From: Phycisphaerae bacterium
Lineage (GTDB): Bacteria; Planctomycetota; Phycisphaerae; FEN-1346; JAACEH01
Assembly: GCA_012729015.1 (NCBI GenBank)
Contig: JAAYDY010000044.1
Coordinates: 19,891 to 83,890 of the forward strand
Direction of reading: 5' to 3'
DNA length: 64,000 nt
A program made the translations under genes and the position numbers. Shown in pieces: positions 39,511 through 51,546 of this stretch; the first letter of the stretch is position 1; each line of letters begins with the position of its first letter. The notes under the pieces were generated by a model, which had not been told where the DNA came from, did not search any database, and saw only the letters and a program-made list of their open reading frames with translations.

Positions 39511-40665
39511 ATGCCGAATGTCGTCATCCTAGGCTCCACCGGCTCCATCGGCCGCGCCGCCCTTGACGTGATCGAGGCGCTCGGCGGCGGCTTTCGCATA
39601 GTAGCCCTGGCCGCCCGCGAAAGCGTTGAACTGCTGGCCGACCAGGTGCGGCGATTCTCCCCGGCCTGCGTGTCCGTGAGCACCGACGCGGCCCGCCGAC
39701 GGCTGCTGGAACTGACCGGCCCCATCCCAGGAACCGACGTCCTGGTCGACGCCGCCGCCGAGCTGGCCCGGCTGCCGGAGGCCGACATCGTCCTCTCGGC
39801 CATGGTCGGGGCCGTGGGCCTGGAGCCCGCCATTGCGGCCGTCACCGCCGGCAAGCGCCTGGCCCTGGCGAACAAGGAAGCCCTGGTCATGGCCGGCCAC
39901 CTGGTCACCCAGGCGGCCGCCGCCCACGGCGCCGAACTTCTGCCCGTGGACAGCGAGCACTCGGCCGTTTTCCAGGCCCTTCACGCGGGCAGGCACGAGG
40001 AAGTTGACCACATCGTCCTGACCGCCAGCGGCGGACCGTTCTACCGCCTGGCGGCCGACCGGCTGGCCGGCGTCACGCCCGAGCAGGCCCTGGCCCATCC
40101 CACGTGGCAGATGGGCCCGAAGGTCACCATCGACTCGGCCACCCTGATGAACAAGGCCCTCGAGATCATCGAGGCTCGCTGGCTCTTCGACCTCCGTGCC
40201 GATCAGATTGAAGTCGTGGTCCATCCCCAGTCGATTGTACACTCGGTCGTGGCATTCGTGGACGGATCGAGCATCGCGCAGCTCGGCGTGCCCGACATGC
40301 AGACGCCCATTCAGTATGCCCTGACGTACCCCGGCCGGCAACGCGGCCTGTCTGCCATGCTCGATCTAGCCGCCGCCGCATCGCTCACGTTCGAGCGGCC
40401 CGATATGGACCGTTTCCCGGCCCTGCGGCTGGGGTTCCACGTGGCGGCCACCGGCGGCACCTCCGGGGCCGTGCTCAACGCCTCCAACGAGGTGGCCGTG
40501 GCGGCGTTCCGCGAGGGACGCCTGCGTTTCGACCAGATTGTCAACGTGGTCCAGCGAACGCTCGACCGTCATACCGTCACCGCCGGCCCGGACCTGGCTG
40601 CGGTCCTCGATGCCGACGCATGGGCCAGAAAGGTTGCTCAGGAATGCCTGATGTGCCAAATGTAA
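39511..40665 (+). CDS. dxr: 1-deoxy-D-xylulose 5-phosphate reductoisomerase
   Basis: VILGSTGSIGRAALDV NADPH motif, LANKEALV, conserved Dxr C-terminus. Confidence 0.9.
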   Translation: MPNVVILGSTGSIGRAALDVIEALGGGFRIVALAARESVELLADQVRRFSPACVSVSTDAARRRLLELTGPIPGTDVLVDAAAELARLPEADIVLSAMVGAVGLEPAIAAVTAGKRLALANKEALVMAGHLVTQAAAAHGAELLPVDSEHSAVFQALHAGRHEEVDHIVLTASGGPFYRLAADRLAGVTPEQALAHPTWQMGPKVTIDSATLMNKALEIIEARWLFDLRADQIEVVVHPQSIVHSVVAFVDGSSIAQLGVPDMQTPIQYALTYPGRQRGLSAMLDLAAAASLTFERPDMDRFPALRLGFHVAATGGTSGAVLNASNEVAVAAFREGRLRFDQIVNVVQRTLDRHTVTAGPDLAAVLDADAWARKVAQECLMCQM

Positions 40666-42473
40666 TCTACGCCGTCCTTGGCTTCGGCTTCATCATCTTC
40701 ATCCACGAGCTGGGCCACTTCGTTGCCGCCAAGCTCTTCGGCGTCAAGGTGGAAGCCTTCAGCATGGGATTCCCCCCTACCCTCCTGCACCACAAGGTGG
40801 GCGAGACCGACTACCGAATCGGCATCGTTCCTCTGGGCGGGTACGTGTCGATGCTCGGCGAGGATCCTCGCGAGCCGCAGAACGATCCCCGCGCCCTGTG
40901 CAACATACGTCCATGGAAACGGATCGTCGTCTTCCTGGCCGGAGTCCTCATGAACGTCGCCACGGCGATGGTCATCTACATGGCCGCCTCGTTCATCGGC
41001 ATCCAGGTGATCGAACCCGTCGTCGGAGGCGTCGCCGACGGATCGCCTGCCCAGGCGGCCGGCCTCCAGCCCGGCGACCGCATCGTCGAGATGGACGGCA
41101 AGCGGGTCGCATCGTTCGAAGAGATTCGTCAGCACATCGCCGTCACCGCCCTCGACGACATCAACCACGGGTTCCGGATCCGATATCAGCGCGACGGCGA
41201 GCCCGTTCGCGACGTGTCCCTCAAGGCCGCTCCCGGCGACGATGGCATGCCCGTACCGAGCATCGGCATCATGCCGCCCGTGCTGCCGCAGATCAGTGAT
41301 GTGGCCGACCGCGGACCGGCTCTCGACATCGGGTTCCGCAAGGACGACCGGATCACAGCCGTTGACGGCAGGCCCGTCCGGTTCACGTCCGAGGTCGCGG
41401 ACCTGACCGAGGACTGGCCAAAACGCCCGATCACGTTCACGGTTTCCCGCGACGGGATGACGGTTGACCTGACCGCCGACCCAGCCAAGGTGACGGTCCC
41501 GGACTACGGTCTGGACCCGGCATTGGCCCTGAAAGCGGTCGTCGAGGATGGTGTGGCGGACAAGGCCGGGCTCAAGGCCGGTGACCGCATCGTCCGCGTC
41601 AACGATATTGATTTGCCGACAAGCTCGCAGGTATCCGCCGCCATCCGCGACAGCAAGGGCGAACCGGTCCGCCTCGTGGTACGCCGCGAGGGCCAGGCCG
41701 AACCGCTCTCGGTCACCGTCGTGCCGCAGTGGGACGATGGGATGCAGCGGCACCGCATCGGCGTCAGCTTCGCGTCGCATGCAAACGACACCCCTGTCAT
41801 GCGCCGTTACGGCGCCGCCGGTCCGGCCGCGACCATTCCCGACGGGGCTCGCATTGCCGCCTTCGACGGCAAGACCGTCAAGACGTGGCTGCGGCTGTAC
41901 GAGTACATGGCCGAGGCCAACGGTCGCACGGTGGACGTCGCCTATACCCTGGAGGACGGCACGGAGAAGTTCCTCGCCATCGCACCTGCCCGAATCGTGC
42001 CCGAGATACCATGGCTCGGCGCCGGGTTCGGCACGATGATGCAGCACCAGATGGATCCCATCTACAATCCGTTGGCCGCGTTCAACATCGGCGTGAAGGA
42101 GATTGCCTCGAAGGTCTGGATGCAGTATGTGACCATCAAGGCCCTCGTCAGGGGAACGGTTCCGGCCCGCGAGGTCAGCGGTCCGCTCCGCATCGGCGTC
42201 GTCTTCTACGAGTCGTCGAAGATGGGCGTTTCGACCTTCATGATGCTCCTGGGCCTGGTCAGCGTCGCCATCGCCCTCATGAACGCCATGCCCATCCCGC
42301 CGCTGGACGGCGGACACGTTGTCTTCGTTCTGGCCGAGAAGTTCCTGGGGCGACCGGTGCCGGTGAAGGTCCGAGGAGCCCTCACCATGGCCGGCACGGT
42401 GCTCCTGCTGAGCATCGTCGCGTTCGCCTTCTTCAACGACGGAAGGTACATACTGACGACCTATCTATACTGA
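40644..42473 (+). CDS. rseP: RIP zinc metalloprotease RseP (site-2 protease) with multiple PDZ domains
   Basis: HELGHF in the first TM helix, PDZ repeats, C-terminal LDGG motif; overlaps the dxr stop. Confidence 0.85.
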   Translation: MPDVPNVIYAVLGFGFIIFIHELGHFVAAKLFGVKVEAFSMGFPPTLLHHKVGETDYRIGIVPLGGYVSMLGEDPREPQNDPRALCNIRPWKRIVVFLAGVLMNVATAMVIYMAASFIGIQVIEPVVGGVADGSPAQAAGLQPGDRIVEMDGKRVASFEEIRQHIAVTALDDINHGFRIRYQRDGEPVRDVSLKAAPGDDGMPVPSIGIMPPVLPQISDVADRGPALDIGFRKDDRITAVDGRPVRFTSEVADLTEDWPKRPITFTVSRDGMTVDLTADPAKVTVPDYGLDPALALKAVVEDGVADKAGLKAGDRIVRVNDIDLPTSSQVSAAIRDSKGEPVRLVVRREGQAEPLSVTVVPQWDDGMQRHRIGVSFASHANDTPVMRRYGAAGPAATIPDGARIAAFDGKTVKTWLRLYEYMAEANGRTVDVAYTLEDGTEKFLAIAPARIVPEIPWLGAGFGTMMQHQMDPIYNPLAAFNIGVKEIASKVWMQYVTIKALVRGTVPAREVSGPLRIGVVFYESSKMGVSTFMMLLGLVSVAIALMNAMPIPPLDGGHVVFVLAEKFLGRPVPVKVRGALTMAGTVLLLSIVAFAFFNDGRYILTTYLY

Positions 42474-42501
42474 GTGCACGACGGACTGCGCACCGGCGTC
42501 G

Positions 42502-43683
42502 TTACGCGTGCGGCACAAACGACGTGAGCAGGCTGAGGGCGACGTCGCCACGACCTTGCTCTATCGAGCAGTTCGCCGCGCGAAGCGCATTGGCCTGCGA
42601 CGCCGTGAACGGCACTGGCTCGCCGTCGTCCGGCCACCGGAACCCCAGACGCTCGAGGATCGCCCTTCGGAGTTCCTCGATCCCCTGCCCCGTGACAGCC
42701 GACGTGACCACGTCCACCGCCACAACGCCCCGGACCGCACCCGCCGACACGAGATCGGCTTTTGTACCCACCCGAAGCACGGCCGGCGGCCGTGCATCGC
42801 CGGCTGATTCCCGCCCTGGACCCGAGGCGGTCCCTGCCTCGCCCGAAAGATCGCAGGTCTCAACCACGACGTCAGCCGTGGCGGCCTCGGCCCGGGCCCG
42901 CTCCACGCCGATCCTCTCAACACGGTCTTCGGCCGTCCGCAGGCCGGCTGTGTCCGCCAGAACTACCGGCAACCCATCCAGCGACACCGTCTCCGCCACC
43001 ACGTCGCGCGTGGTGCCTGGAATCTCCGTGACGATCACGCGATCCGCCCCGAGCAGGCGGTTGACCAGGCTACTCTTGCCCGAGTTCGGCATACCCACGA
43101 CGGCCACGTGCGGCGGCCGCTCGATGAACCGCCCCGTCCGCTGATAGCTCCGTAGCAGCGCGTCCAGCCGCTCTCGGGCCTCGTCGACCCGCCCGTTCCC
43201 GAGAGAAGTCGCAACCGCACGCACGGCTCCAGCCAGCAGGCCATTGCCCTGCGCGGCTACAATCAGCGCCGGCCTCAGGGCTGCAAGGCGAGGCAGCCAC
43301 AGCGCGGCCTCAGCGGCGATCAGTCCCCTGCCGTCGGCCTCCGCATGCGCACTCACAAAAGCGGCCCACGTGCAACGCCTGATGCCGCACGACTCCAGCC
43401 GACAGCCGACGCCCTCCACCGCCGCCGGTCCGCCGTGGCAATGCACCTCCGCCTCGGTGCCGCCCAACACGCGGACAATCACCTCGTCCACGGGCAGCCC
43501 CTGCTCGTCCACGATACGACCATAGAACAGACGGTCCCGCCCATCTTCCATCGGACGGGAGGATCGGAAAACGCCTTGAAGTGTCTGGAGAATCCCGGGG
43601 CCGAACAGCCCCAGCGTCGAGATGCCGCCCCGGCCGGGCGGCGTTAATTCGCAGAAGATGGCATCGTGCGATGCGTCGGTCAT
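42502..43683 (-). CDS. mnmE: tRNA modification GTPase MnmE (TrmE)
   Basis: G1 GMPNSGKSSL, G2 TTRD, G3 DTAGLR. Confidence 0.85.
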   Translation of the reverse strand: MTDASHDAIFCELTPPGRGGISTLGLFGPGILQTLQGVFRSSRPMEDGRDRLFYGRIVDEQGLPVDEVIVRVLGGTEAEVHCHGGPAAVEGVGCRLESCGIRRCTWAAFVSAHAEADGRGLIAAEAALWLPRLAALRPALIVAAQGNGLLAGAVRAVATSLGNGRVDEARERLDALLRSYQRTGRFIERPPHVAVVGMPNSGKSSLVNRLLGADRVIVTEIPGTTRDVVAETVSLDGLPVVLADTAGLRTAEDRVERIGVERARAEAATADVVVETCDLSGEAGTASGPGRESAGDARPPAVLRVGTKADLVSAGAVRGVVAVDVVTSAVTGQGIEELRRAILERLGFRWPDDGEPVPFTASQANALRAANCSIEQGRGDVALSLLTSFVPHA

Positions 43684-44456
43684 GGCCGTGACAGGTACGC
43701 CGCGACGAGACCTTCCAGCACCAGGTTCTCGCGAACCTCGTCCACGCAGGTCACCAGCGGCTCCAGGTACGCCAGCCCGCCGCCGGTTCCGATGACGCGG
43801 GCCTCGCGGCCGACTACTCGTTTCTGCTCAGCGACCAGCCGCTCCACGGCCCCGGCCGCTCCGAACAGCAGTCCGCTGCGAATCGCCTGCTCCGTGTTCC
43901 GGCCGACCGGCTCGACGGGGCCGTTCAGACCGACCTGCGGCAACGCCGCCGTCCTCGCCTTCAGTGCCCAGGCGCCCATCGACGGCCCCGGCAGAATCGC
44001 CCCGCCCAGAAACCGTCCCTGACCGTCCACGGCATCGACGGTCGTGGCCGTGCCCACGTCCACCACCACCAGCGGCCCCCCGGCGATGCGCCATGCCCCC
44101 AGCGCCGCCAGCAGCCGATCCGCCCCGACCCGCTCGGGCCGCTCGACCGCCGCCTCCATGGGAATCGGAAAATCCCGACGCGCTAGCGCCATCGGCCCCG
44201 ACGTGATCTCAGCCAGCACGGGCCGCAGCTTCTCAGTCGCCTCCGGGTTGACACACGACACGGCCACAGGCAGATCCGTGGGCCCGGACACCTCGTGACG
44301 GGACATCCGCAGGCACCCCGTCAGCCCACCCAGTTCCGACAGCGGCACGCGAACGACTTCGCACAGGCGACCGTCCACGACCAGGGCGAATCCCACACGA
44401 GAGTTGCCCACGTCGCAGGCAAACAGAAGGTCCGGTTCGCGACGCCCGAGTGCCAT
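43680..44456 (-). CDS. coaX: Type III pantothenate kinase
   Basis: DVGNS, VVVDVGTATTVD, GTGGG motifs. Confidence 0.8.
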   Translation of the reverse strand: MALGRREPDLLFACDVGNSRVGFALVVDGRLCEVVRVPLSELGGLTGCLRMSRHEVSGPTDLPVAVSCVNPEATEKLRPVLAEITSGPMALARRDFPIPMEAAVERPERVGADRLLAALGAWRIAGGPLVVVDVGTATTVDAVDGQGRFLGGAILPGPSMGAWALKARTAALPQVGLNGPVEPVGRNTEQAIRSGLLFGAAGAVERLVAEQKRVVGREARVIGTGGGLAYLEPLVTCVDEVRENLVLEGLVAAYLSRP

Positions 44457-44462
44457 GGCCGC

Positions 44463-45817
<1,355 letters not shown>

Positions 45818-45901
45818 GAAACACTACTCCTGCGTCCTGATGCCTGTGTCCTGAATCCCACGACCGAATGCCCACTTCCTTCAAGCCGTGTGATTGCCTG
45901 A

Positions 45902-46579
45902 CTACCGCCAGATCCATTTCTGCTTCAGCAGATACACTTTGTCTTCCGAAATCCGCACGCTGTCGCCGGGAACCGAAAAATCCAGCTCCATCGTCTTGCG
46001 GAGGACAACTTCCTCGGGCTGCTCGCCCTCGGCTGTCGCCGGCACCGTGCGGACCACGAAACGCCCGCTCAGGCCGGTCACAAACACCTTGAAGCCGTCC
46101 ATCTGCATGTCCACTTCGCGGAAGATGAAGATCCCGTCCTGGGCCTCCTCCGCGCCGGCTTTCAGCGAGGGCTTGATCTTGAGTTCCTGCCCTTCCTCGG
46201 CCTTCTCGTTCGCATCGCCCATCATCTGGACGCTGTTCTTCAGCTCCGCCAACCGGTACTGCTGCTTGACCGCCTCCTGAACGTCCGGCCGGATCACATC
46301 GTAGGCCACCTTGCCATTGTTCGTAAACAACGTGGCCTGCGGCACAAACACCCGTGCTTCGCCGGTGTTGTTCGTCACGGTGTAGAGCATGAACCAGTAG
46401 GCTTCCGCCTGCCCCTCGTCGCCCTTGACGACAATGCGCTGGGGCATACGGAACGTGAAATCAAGGTCCCACGGCTCGCCCTTGATCGATTCCAGAGAGA
46501 CTTCCTCGGTTTCGATCGCCGCAAACGCCAAGGCCGCCACTGCAAGGACCGCTGCCAGCGCCACAGTCAGGCTACGCAT
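45902..46579 (-). CDS. Secreted hypothetical protein (signal peptide)
   Basis: MRSLTVALAAVLAVAALAFA signal peptide; no motif recognised. Confidence 0.4.
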   Translation of the reverse strand: MRSLTVALAAVLAVAALAFAAIETEEVSLESIKGEPWDLDFTFRMPQRIVVKGDEGQAEAYWFMLYTVTNNTGEARVFVPQATLFTNNGKVAYDVIRPDVQEAVKQQYRLAELKNSVQMMGDANEKAEEGQELKIKPSLKAGAEEAQDGIFIFREVDMQMDGFKVFVTGLSGRFVVRTVPATAEGEQPEEVVLRKTMELDFSVPGDSVRISEDKVYLLKQKWIWR

Positions 46580-46611
46580 TGAGCACACTCCTACTTTGCC
46601 CTAAGCCCTTG

Positions 46612-47478
46612 TCAAGCCACCTCTTGTTGGGCCGCTAGTTTACCGTTCGCCGGCCGCCGTGACAAGCGAAAATTGCCGATTGTGCCCATCGGGCACACTT
46701 TAACGCATTTCCCGCACGAAATGCACGTTTCCACGTCCACCCGAGCCAGGAAATCCGTCACATGAATCGCCTTGCCTTCCACGGGGCAGACGCTTTCGCA
46801 TTTCTTGCACCCGATGCACCCGACCGAGCAGGTTTTTCGGACGTCGGCCCCTTTGTCAAGGCTGCGGCAGAGCACCGTCACCGTGCTCTTGGCCGGCAGG
46901 ATGCGGATCACCTGCTTCGGGCAGGCGTCCACGCACGTCCCGCAGGCTGTGCATTTTTCCTCGATAATGTGCGGCAGGCCGTCCTCGCCCATCACGATGG
47001 CCCCGAACGGGCACACCGCAGCACAGGTGCCCAGGCCGATGCAGCCCCAGCGGCACCCCTTCGCCCCGTCCTGCATGAGCATGGCCGCCCGACAATCCGT
47101 CACGCCCTGGTACCCAAACCTCTCGGCCACGCGGTTGCCGCCCTGGCACAGGACGACCGCCACCTGCCTGGCCTTCTCCTCGGCCACCAGGCCCATGATC
47201 TCGGCCACCCGGCGTGCCACCTCCATACCCCCGGGCACGCACTCACTCGGCCCCACCTTGCCCGCCGCCACCGCCGCCGCATACGCCGCGCAGCCGCCGA
47301 ACCCGCACGCGCCGCAATTGGCGCTCGGCAGGACCGCCTCGATCTGCTCAGCCCGCGGATCGCTCTGCACGTGGAACACGCGGCTTGCCACCGCCAGGCC
47401 GACGCCGAACACCACGGCCAGCGCCCCAAGCACCGCAACCGCTGCGATGACGTAGCTCCACTCCATGACCGAATCCAC
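46612..47478 (-). CDS. rnfB: Rnf/ion-translocating oxidoreductase subunit B (polyferredoxin)
   Basis: N-terminal TM helix then several CxxCxxCxxxCP 4Fe-4S motifs. Confidence 0.8.
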   Translation of the reverse strand: MDSVMEWSYVIAAVAVLGALAVVFGVGLAVASRVFHVQSDPRAEQIEAVLPSANCGACGFGGCAAYAAAVAAGKVGPSECVPGGMEVARRVAEIMGLVAEEKARQVAVVLCQGGNRVAERFGYQGVTDCRAAMLMQDGAKGCRWGCIGLGTCAAVCPFGAIVMGEDGLPHIIEEKCTACGTCVDACPKQVIRILPAKSTVTVLCRSLDKGADVRKTCSVGCIGCKKCESVCPVEGKAIHVTDFLARVDVETCISCGKCVKVCPMGTIGNFRLSRRPANGKLAAQQEVA

Positions 47479-47511
47479 TCCCTGCTGTCCGGCCGACGCG
47501 GCCGCCGACCG

Positions 47512-48183
47512 TTAGAGTTCGATGCCGAACAGTTTGCTGAATCCCAGAAACGCCAGAGCCATCAGGCCGGTCGAGATGAATGCGATCGGCACGTTCTGCA
47601 AGGCCTTCGGCACCCGAGCCACCGCCAGGCGCTCGCGGATGCCGCTCATCAGGATCATGGCCAGCGTGAAACCCACGCCGCCGCAGAAACCCATCCAGAC
47701 GGCCTTTCCCAGCGACAGCGGCGCGTCCTGATACTTCCAGTCGCTGGTCGTCAGCAGCGCCACGCCCATCACGGCACAGTTGGTCGTAATGAGCGGCAGA
47801 TAGATGCCCAACGCCTTGTAGAGCACGGGCACGCTCTTGCGGAGCACCATTTCAACAAACTGCACGAGCACGGCGATGATCAGAATGTAGCTGACCGTTT
47901 TCAGAACCAGCACATACCCGTCGGCCGGCATCTCCTTGACGACGCCCAGGGCCACCAGCAGGTTGAACCCGTCGGGCCCGGGATGGATCAGCACGTACTT
48001 GTAGAGCAGCGACGTGGCGAACGCCGCCAGGGTCATCACGAACATCACGGCAAAGCCCATGCCGACGGCGTCGCTCGTGCGCCGCGTCACGCCGATGAAC
48101 GGACACAGGCCCAGGAACCGGGCCAGGACCATGTTCGAGATCAGGATGGTCCCGATGGCGATTTCGACATATCCCACGTGCAT
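47512..48183 (-). CDS. rnfA: Rnf complex subunit A
   Basis: LGLCPFIGVT signature, ~220-aa polytopic protein. Confidence 0.8.
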   Translation of the reverse strand: MHVGYVEIAIGTILISNMVLARFLGLCPFIGVTRRTSDAVGMGFAVMFVMTLAAFATSLLYKYVLIHPGPDGFNLLVALGVVKEMPADGYVLVLKTVSYILIIAVLVQFVEMVLRKSVPVLYKALGIYLPLITTNCAVMGVALLTTSDWKYQDAPLSLGKAVWMGFCGGVGFTLAMILMSGIRERLAVARVPKALQNVPIAFISTGLMALAFLGFSKLFGIEL

Positions 48184-48204
48184 GACAGCAATGCTCCTGC
48201 CTGC

Positions 48205-48942
48205 TCACTGCGCCGACGGCTCGGCGGCAGATGCGCCCTTGGCCTTCTCGTCGGCCGAGGTCGTGAACCGTACCGGCTGCGCGGCGGCCAGTTGCGCGGC
48301 CTGCCGCCGGTTTCCGATCGCGTTGAACAGCCCGAACAGCAATCCGATCACGATAAACGCCCCCGGCGCCAGCACGGCTACCGTGGCCGGCGCGGCCAGG
48401 GCCTCCGGCGCGTCGCTGTAGCCCGACCACACCGTGTAGCCCCAGAACGTCCCCTTGCCGACCAACTCGCGGATGGCGCCGATCATCACCAGGACGCCGG
48501 CGTAGCCCAGCCCGATGCCGACGGCGTCGCCGATCGACGCCACCACGCCGTTGCGGCTCGCGAACGCCTCGGCGCGGCCCAGAATGATGCAGTTGACCAC
48601 GATCAGCGGGATGAAGATGCCTAGCTGATTGTTGATCTCGGCCGGCGCCAGCGCCTTCATCAGGATCTCGACCATCGTCACGAACCCGGCGATGACCACG
48701 ATGTAGCAGGCGATGCGGACTTCCTTCGGGATGAGCTTCTTGATGAGGCTGATCAGAATGTTCGAGCACAGCAGCACCACCGACGCCGCCAGCCCCATGG
48801 CCAGCCCGTTCTTGACGCTCGTGGTCACTGCCAGCGTCGGGCACAGCCCGAGCATCAGCCCGAACACGGGGTTGCTCTTGACGGCCTTGTCCAGAAGCGA
48901 TTTCAGAAGGTTCACGGCGAGCCCCTTCACAGTGCCGCACAC
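48205..48942 (-). CDS. rnfE: Rnf complex subunit E (start more likely the internal GTG at 48915, which follows a GAAGGGG Shine-Dalgarno)
   Basis: LGLCPTLAVTT, GIFIPLIVVNCIILGRAEAFA, PGAFIVIGLL closely match E. coli RnfE. Confidence 0.8.
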   Translation of the reverse strand: MCGTVKGLAVNLLKSLLDKAVKSNPVFGLMLGLCPTLAVTTSVKNGLAMGLAASVVLLCSNILISLIKKLIPKEVRIACYIVVIAGFVTMVEILMKALAPAEINNQLGIFIPLIVVNCIILGRAEAFASRNGVVASIGDAVGIGLGYAGVLVMIGAIRELVGKGTFWGYTVWSGYSDAPEALAAPATVAVLAPGAFIVIGLLFGLFNAIGNRRQAAQLAAAQPVRFTTSADEKAKGASAAEPSAQ

Positions 48943-48998
48943 GGTGCCGCAAAACCGGAATCATACTCGCACGCCACCGCGCGTCAAGACCTATATCG

Positions 48999-49913
48999 TC
49001 AGGGTTCCCGCGACCAATTGCCGGGGCCGAGGAAACGGGCAGCCAGATCACCGAGACTCAGGCCCAGATGCTCAATGCATGCCGAGTCGCCACCATCGAA
49101 CTCGGCCGCCTCGCGCAGAAATGCCATGAACGCCCGGTGATGACGACGCGACAGCCCGAACCATCGCGGCCGATGGTCTTCCACCAGCGGCTGGACCAAT
49201 ATGTGCGCCAGTTCGTAGCACATGCCCCGAGCCCGGCTGTTGCCGCTGAAACCGCCTCCATTCCAGAATGCGTCCAGCCCTGTCTCACTCCAGAATGCCC
49301 GGTGCAACGATGCCGTCTCGTGGCTGATCCTCAGCAACTCTCCCGATGCCGCCCGACCCGCCACAAGCGCCAGCCCCTCTTCCAGCCAGCGCGGCATCAT
49401 GGCATGGTACAGCCCCGCATGCGTCAACTCGTGGGCCAGCGTCCGGCCCATCGCTTCCACCGTGTCGCCCCAGAGAACGATGCGAGGATAGTCGTCCCGC
49501 AGGTGCATGCCGGCGGACATACAATCCTCCTCCCCCTCGCCGAAGCACTCGCGAACGTACCGCCCGTAGTCCTCCGCACGATGGAATGCCATGACAAGCT
49601 GCTTGCCCGGCCCGATGAACCTCACCACGTCGCCCAGTCCCACAAGCAGGTCCCGTCGGTAACTCTCCGCCTTGCCCAGCAAAGAGGCATCGGCTGCCGC
49701 CGGACCGCCGCACAGCATCACAAACCCGCTCGATTCGCCGACCGCATACTCCGAGCCCAGCGCATCGGCCACTTCCCAGAGCCACGCTTTCGCGAACTCG
49801 GTCCATGCCCCCTTCGGGTCATCACCGCAGCCCGAGGCCACCCAGGCATTGGCGAGATCCCAGTTGGGCTGCGGCAACCCGTTGCCCCACTCCAACATGC
49901 TCGAGATATCCAT
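48999..49913 (-). CDS. Hypothetical HExxH-motif protein (possible zincin-like metallopeptidase)
   Basis: LAHELTHAGLYH ... EEG downstream; no further family assignment. Confidence 0.35.
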   Translation of the reverse strand: MDISSMLEWGNGLPQPNWDLANAWVASGCGDDPKGAWTEFAKAWLWEVADALGSEYAVGESSGFVMLCGGPAAADASLLGKAESYRRDLLVGLGDVVRFIGPGKQLVMAFHRAEDYGRYVRECFGEGEEDCMSAGMHLRDDYPRIVLWGDTVEAMGRTLAHELTHAGLYHAMMPRWLEEGLALVAGRAASGELLRISHETASLHRAFWSETGLDAFWNGGGFSGNSRARGMCYELAHILVQPLVEDHRPRWFGLSRRHHRAFMAFLREAAEFDGGDSACIEHLGLSLGDLAARFLGPGNWSREP

Positions 49914-50167
49914 GCCCCCCCCTCTTCCACATGCGCCGCCTTCATTGTGGGAATCACTGGGCTACCGCGCGAAACAACACACCCCGCCTCGGAGCCTTGC
50001 CCGTTCACATTCACAGCATATCTCTGTCCTGAGGTCTCCACAAGCCGTCCGGTCGTGGCAGGCTCGTGGCGTCGCCATGGCGATTCGTGTGCGGCCTGCG
50101 GTGCGCCACCGCCACCCTGCTCCTCTGCGCGTTTTTGCATTGCATTCACGGCGAGCCCGACGTTACC

Positions 50168-51430
50168 ATGCCGGCACCTATGGCCGACTCTTCACAACAA
50201 GATTCTGCCGTCCCCCTGCCCCCGTCGCCCTCGACTGCGACCGAGGAGGCGAGCCGCTACGCCCACGGACGCAGGGCAGCCGTCGTGAGCATCCTCGGCA
50301 ACGCCCTGCTGGCTGCCGTCAAGCTCGCGCTGGGGCTTCTGACCAACAGCATCAGCCTCATGGCCGACGCCGCCCACACGGCCAGCGACATGCTCACGAG
50401 TGTGGTCGTCCTGGTCGGCCTGCGCGTGGCGAGGCTCCCGGCCGACGACAAGCATCCCTGGGGCCACGGTCGCGCCGAGACCATTGCCGCCCTGGTCGTC
50501 GCCGTGCTGCTCGGCGCCGTCGGACTGGACCTGGCCTGGAGCAGCGTGACCCGCATCGTGGAACCTCCGATGGTCGGAGAGAAGGTTGGCGGCACGGGGT
50601 TGCTGCTGTCGGCCGGCATCATTCTGGCCAGCGTGCTTTTCAAAGGCTGGATGGGCCTCTATGCGGCGCGGGTCGGGCGGTCGATCAAGAACCAGTCGCT
50701 CCTGGCCGACGCCTGGCACCACTACAGCGACGCCTTCAGTTCGCTGTTCGTCGTGGTCGCCCTGGTGCTCGCCCGGTTCGGCATCTACGGAGCCGACGGA
50801 TGGATGGGGCTGGCCGTATCGATCGTGATCCTCGGCACGGCCTGGCATCACACGCGGCTGGCTGGATCCGCACTGCTCGGCGAGAGTCCCGACGCGGAGT
50901 TGGTCGGGCGCATCGAACAGGCCGCCCAGAGCGTCCGGGGCGTGACCCACATTCACGGTGTGACGGTCCACGACTACGGCCGCCGCAAGGTGGCCTCGCT
51001 TCACATCCGACTGGCTGCCAATCTGCCGCTGGCCATGGCCCACGACGCAGCGTCTCAGGTCGAGGCCGCCATCGGCCGCGATGCCGGAATCGCCGCGCTG
51101 GTCCACGCCGAACCCGAAGGCCGGCCGCCGCTCGACGACCGCGTCACCGCAATCCGGCACACAATCACCGAGATGCTGGCCCGGCATCCGGCCGTCGTCA
51201 GTTTCCACGCCGTCAGCGTCCTGCCGGAGAATCACGGACTGGAGATCGAGTTCCACGTCCACATTCTCCCCGCATCGTCCATCGAGGAGGCTCACCGGCT
51301 GGAGCACAGCCTCCAGGAGCAGTTCGTTGCCGCCCTGGGCGACGTGCATGTGCATGTCCACGTGGAACCCTGCGTGTTGAAGTGCAAGCACTGTCCCGAC
51401 ACCTGCGGCGTCGAGCGTCCGCGAGCGTAG
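50168..51430 (+). CDS. Cation diffusion facilitator family transporter (CzcD/FieF-like)
   Basis: Six TM helices with HxxxD metal-binding motifs (AAHTASD, WHHYSD) and a cytoplasmic C-terminal domain. Confidence 0.75.
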   Translation: MPAPMADSSQQDSAVPLPPSPSTATEEASRYAHGRRAAVVSILGNALLAAVKLALGLLTNSISLMADAAHTASDMLTSVVVLVGLRVARLPADDKHPWGHGRAETIAALVVAVLLGAVGLDLAWSSVTRIVEPPMVGEKVGGTGLLLSAGIILASVLFKGWMGLYAARVGRSIKNQSLLADAWHHYSDAFSSLFVVVALVLARFGIYGADGWMGLAVSIVILGTAWHHTRLAGSALLGESPDAELVGRIEQAAQSVRGVTHIHGVTVHDYGRRKVASLHIRLAANLPLAMAHDAASQVEAAIGRDAGIAALVHAEPEGRPPLDDRVTAIRHTITEMLARHPAVVSFHAVSVLPENHGLEIEFHVHILPASSIEEAHRLEHSLQEQFVAALGDVHVHVHVEPCVLKCKHCPDTCGVERPRA

Positions 51431-51546
51431 GCTAGTGCGTCACGCGGATTGCCGTTCATGTCCCCAGAACCTGCGTTGATTCTGACGCACGACAGTAGAC
51501 CAAGTGGGGAGTGTGCGACCTGGGGAACGTCGGCCGGCGCCGCGGC

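Noticed and set aside
46762-48624. 620-aa plus-strand ORF across the rnf genes
   Set aside because: H/R/A-rich shadow frame; the minus strand encodes three proteins with exact Rnf signatures.
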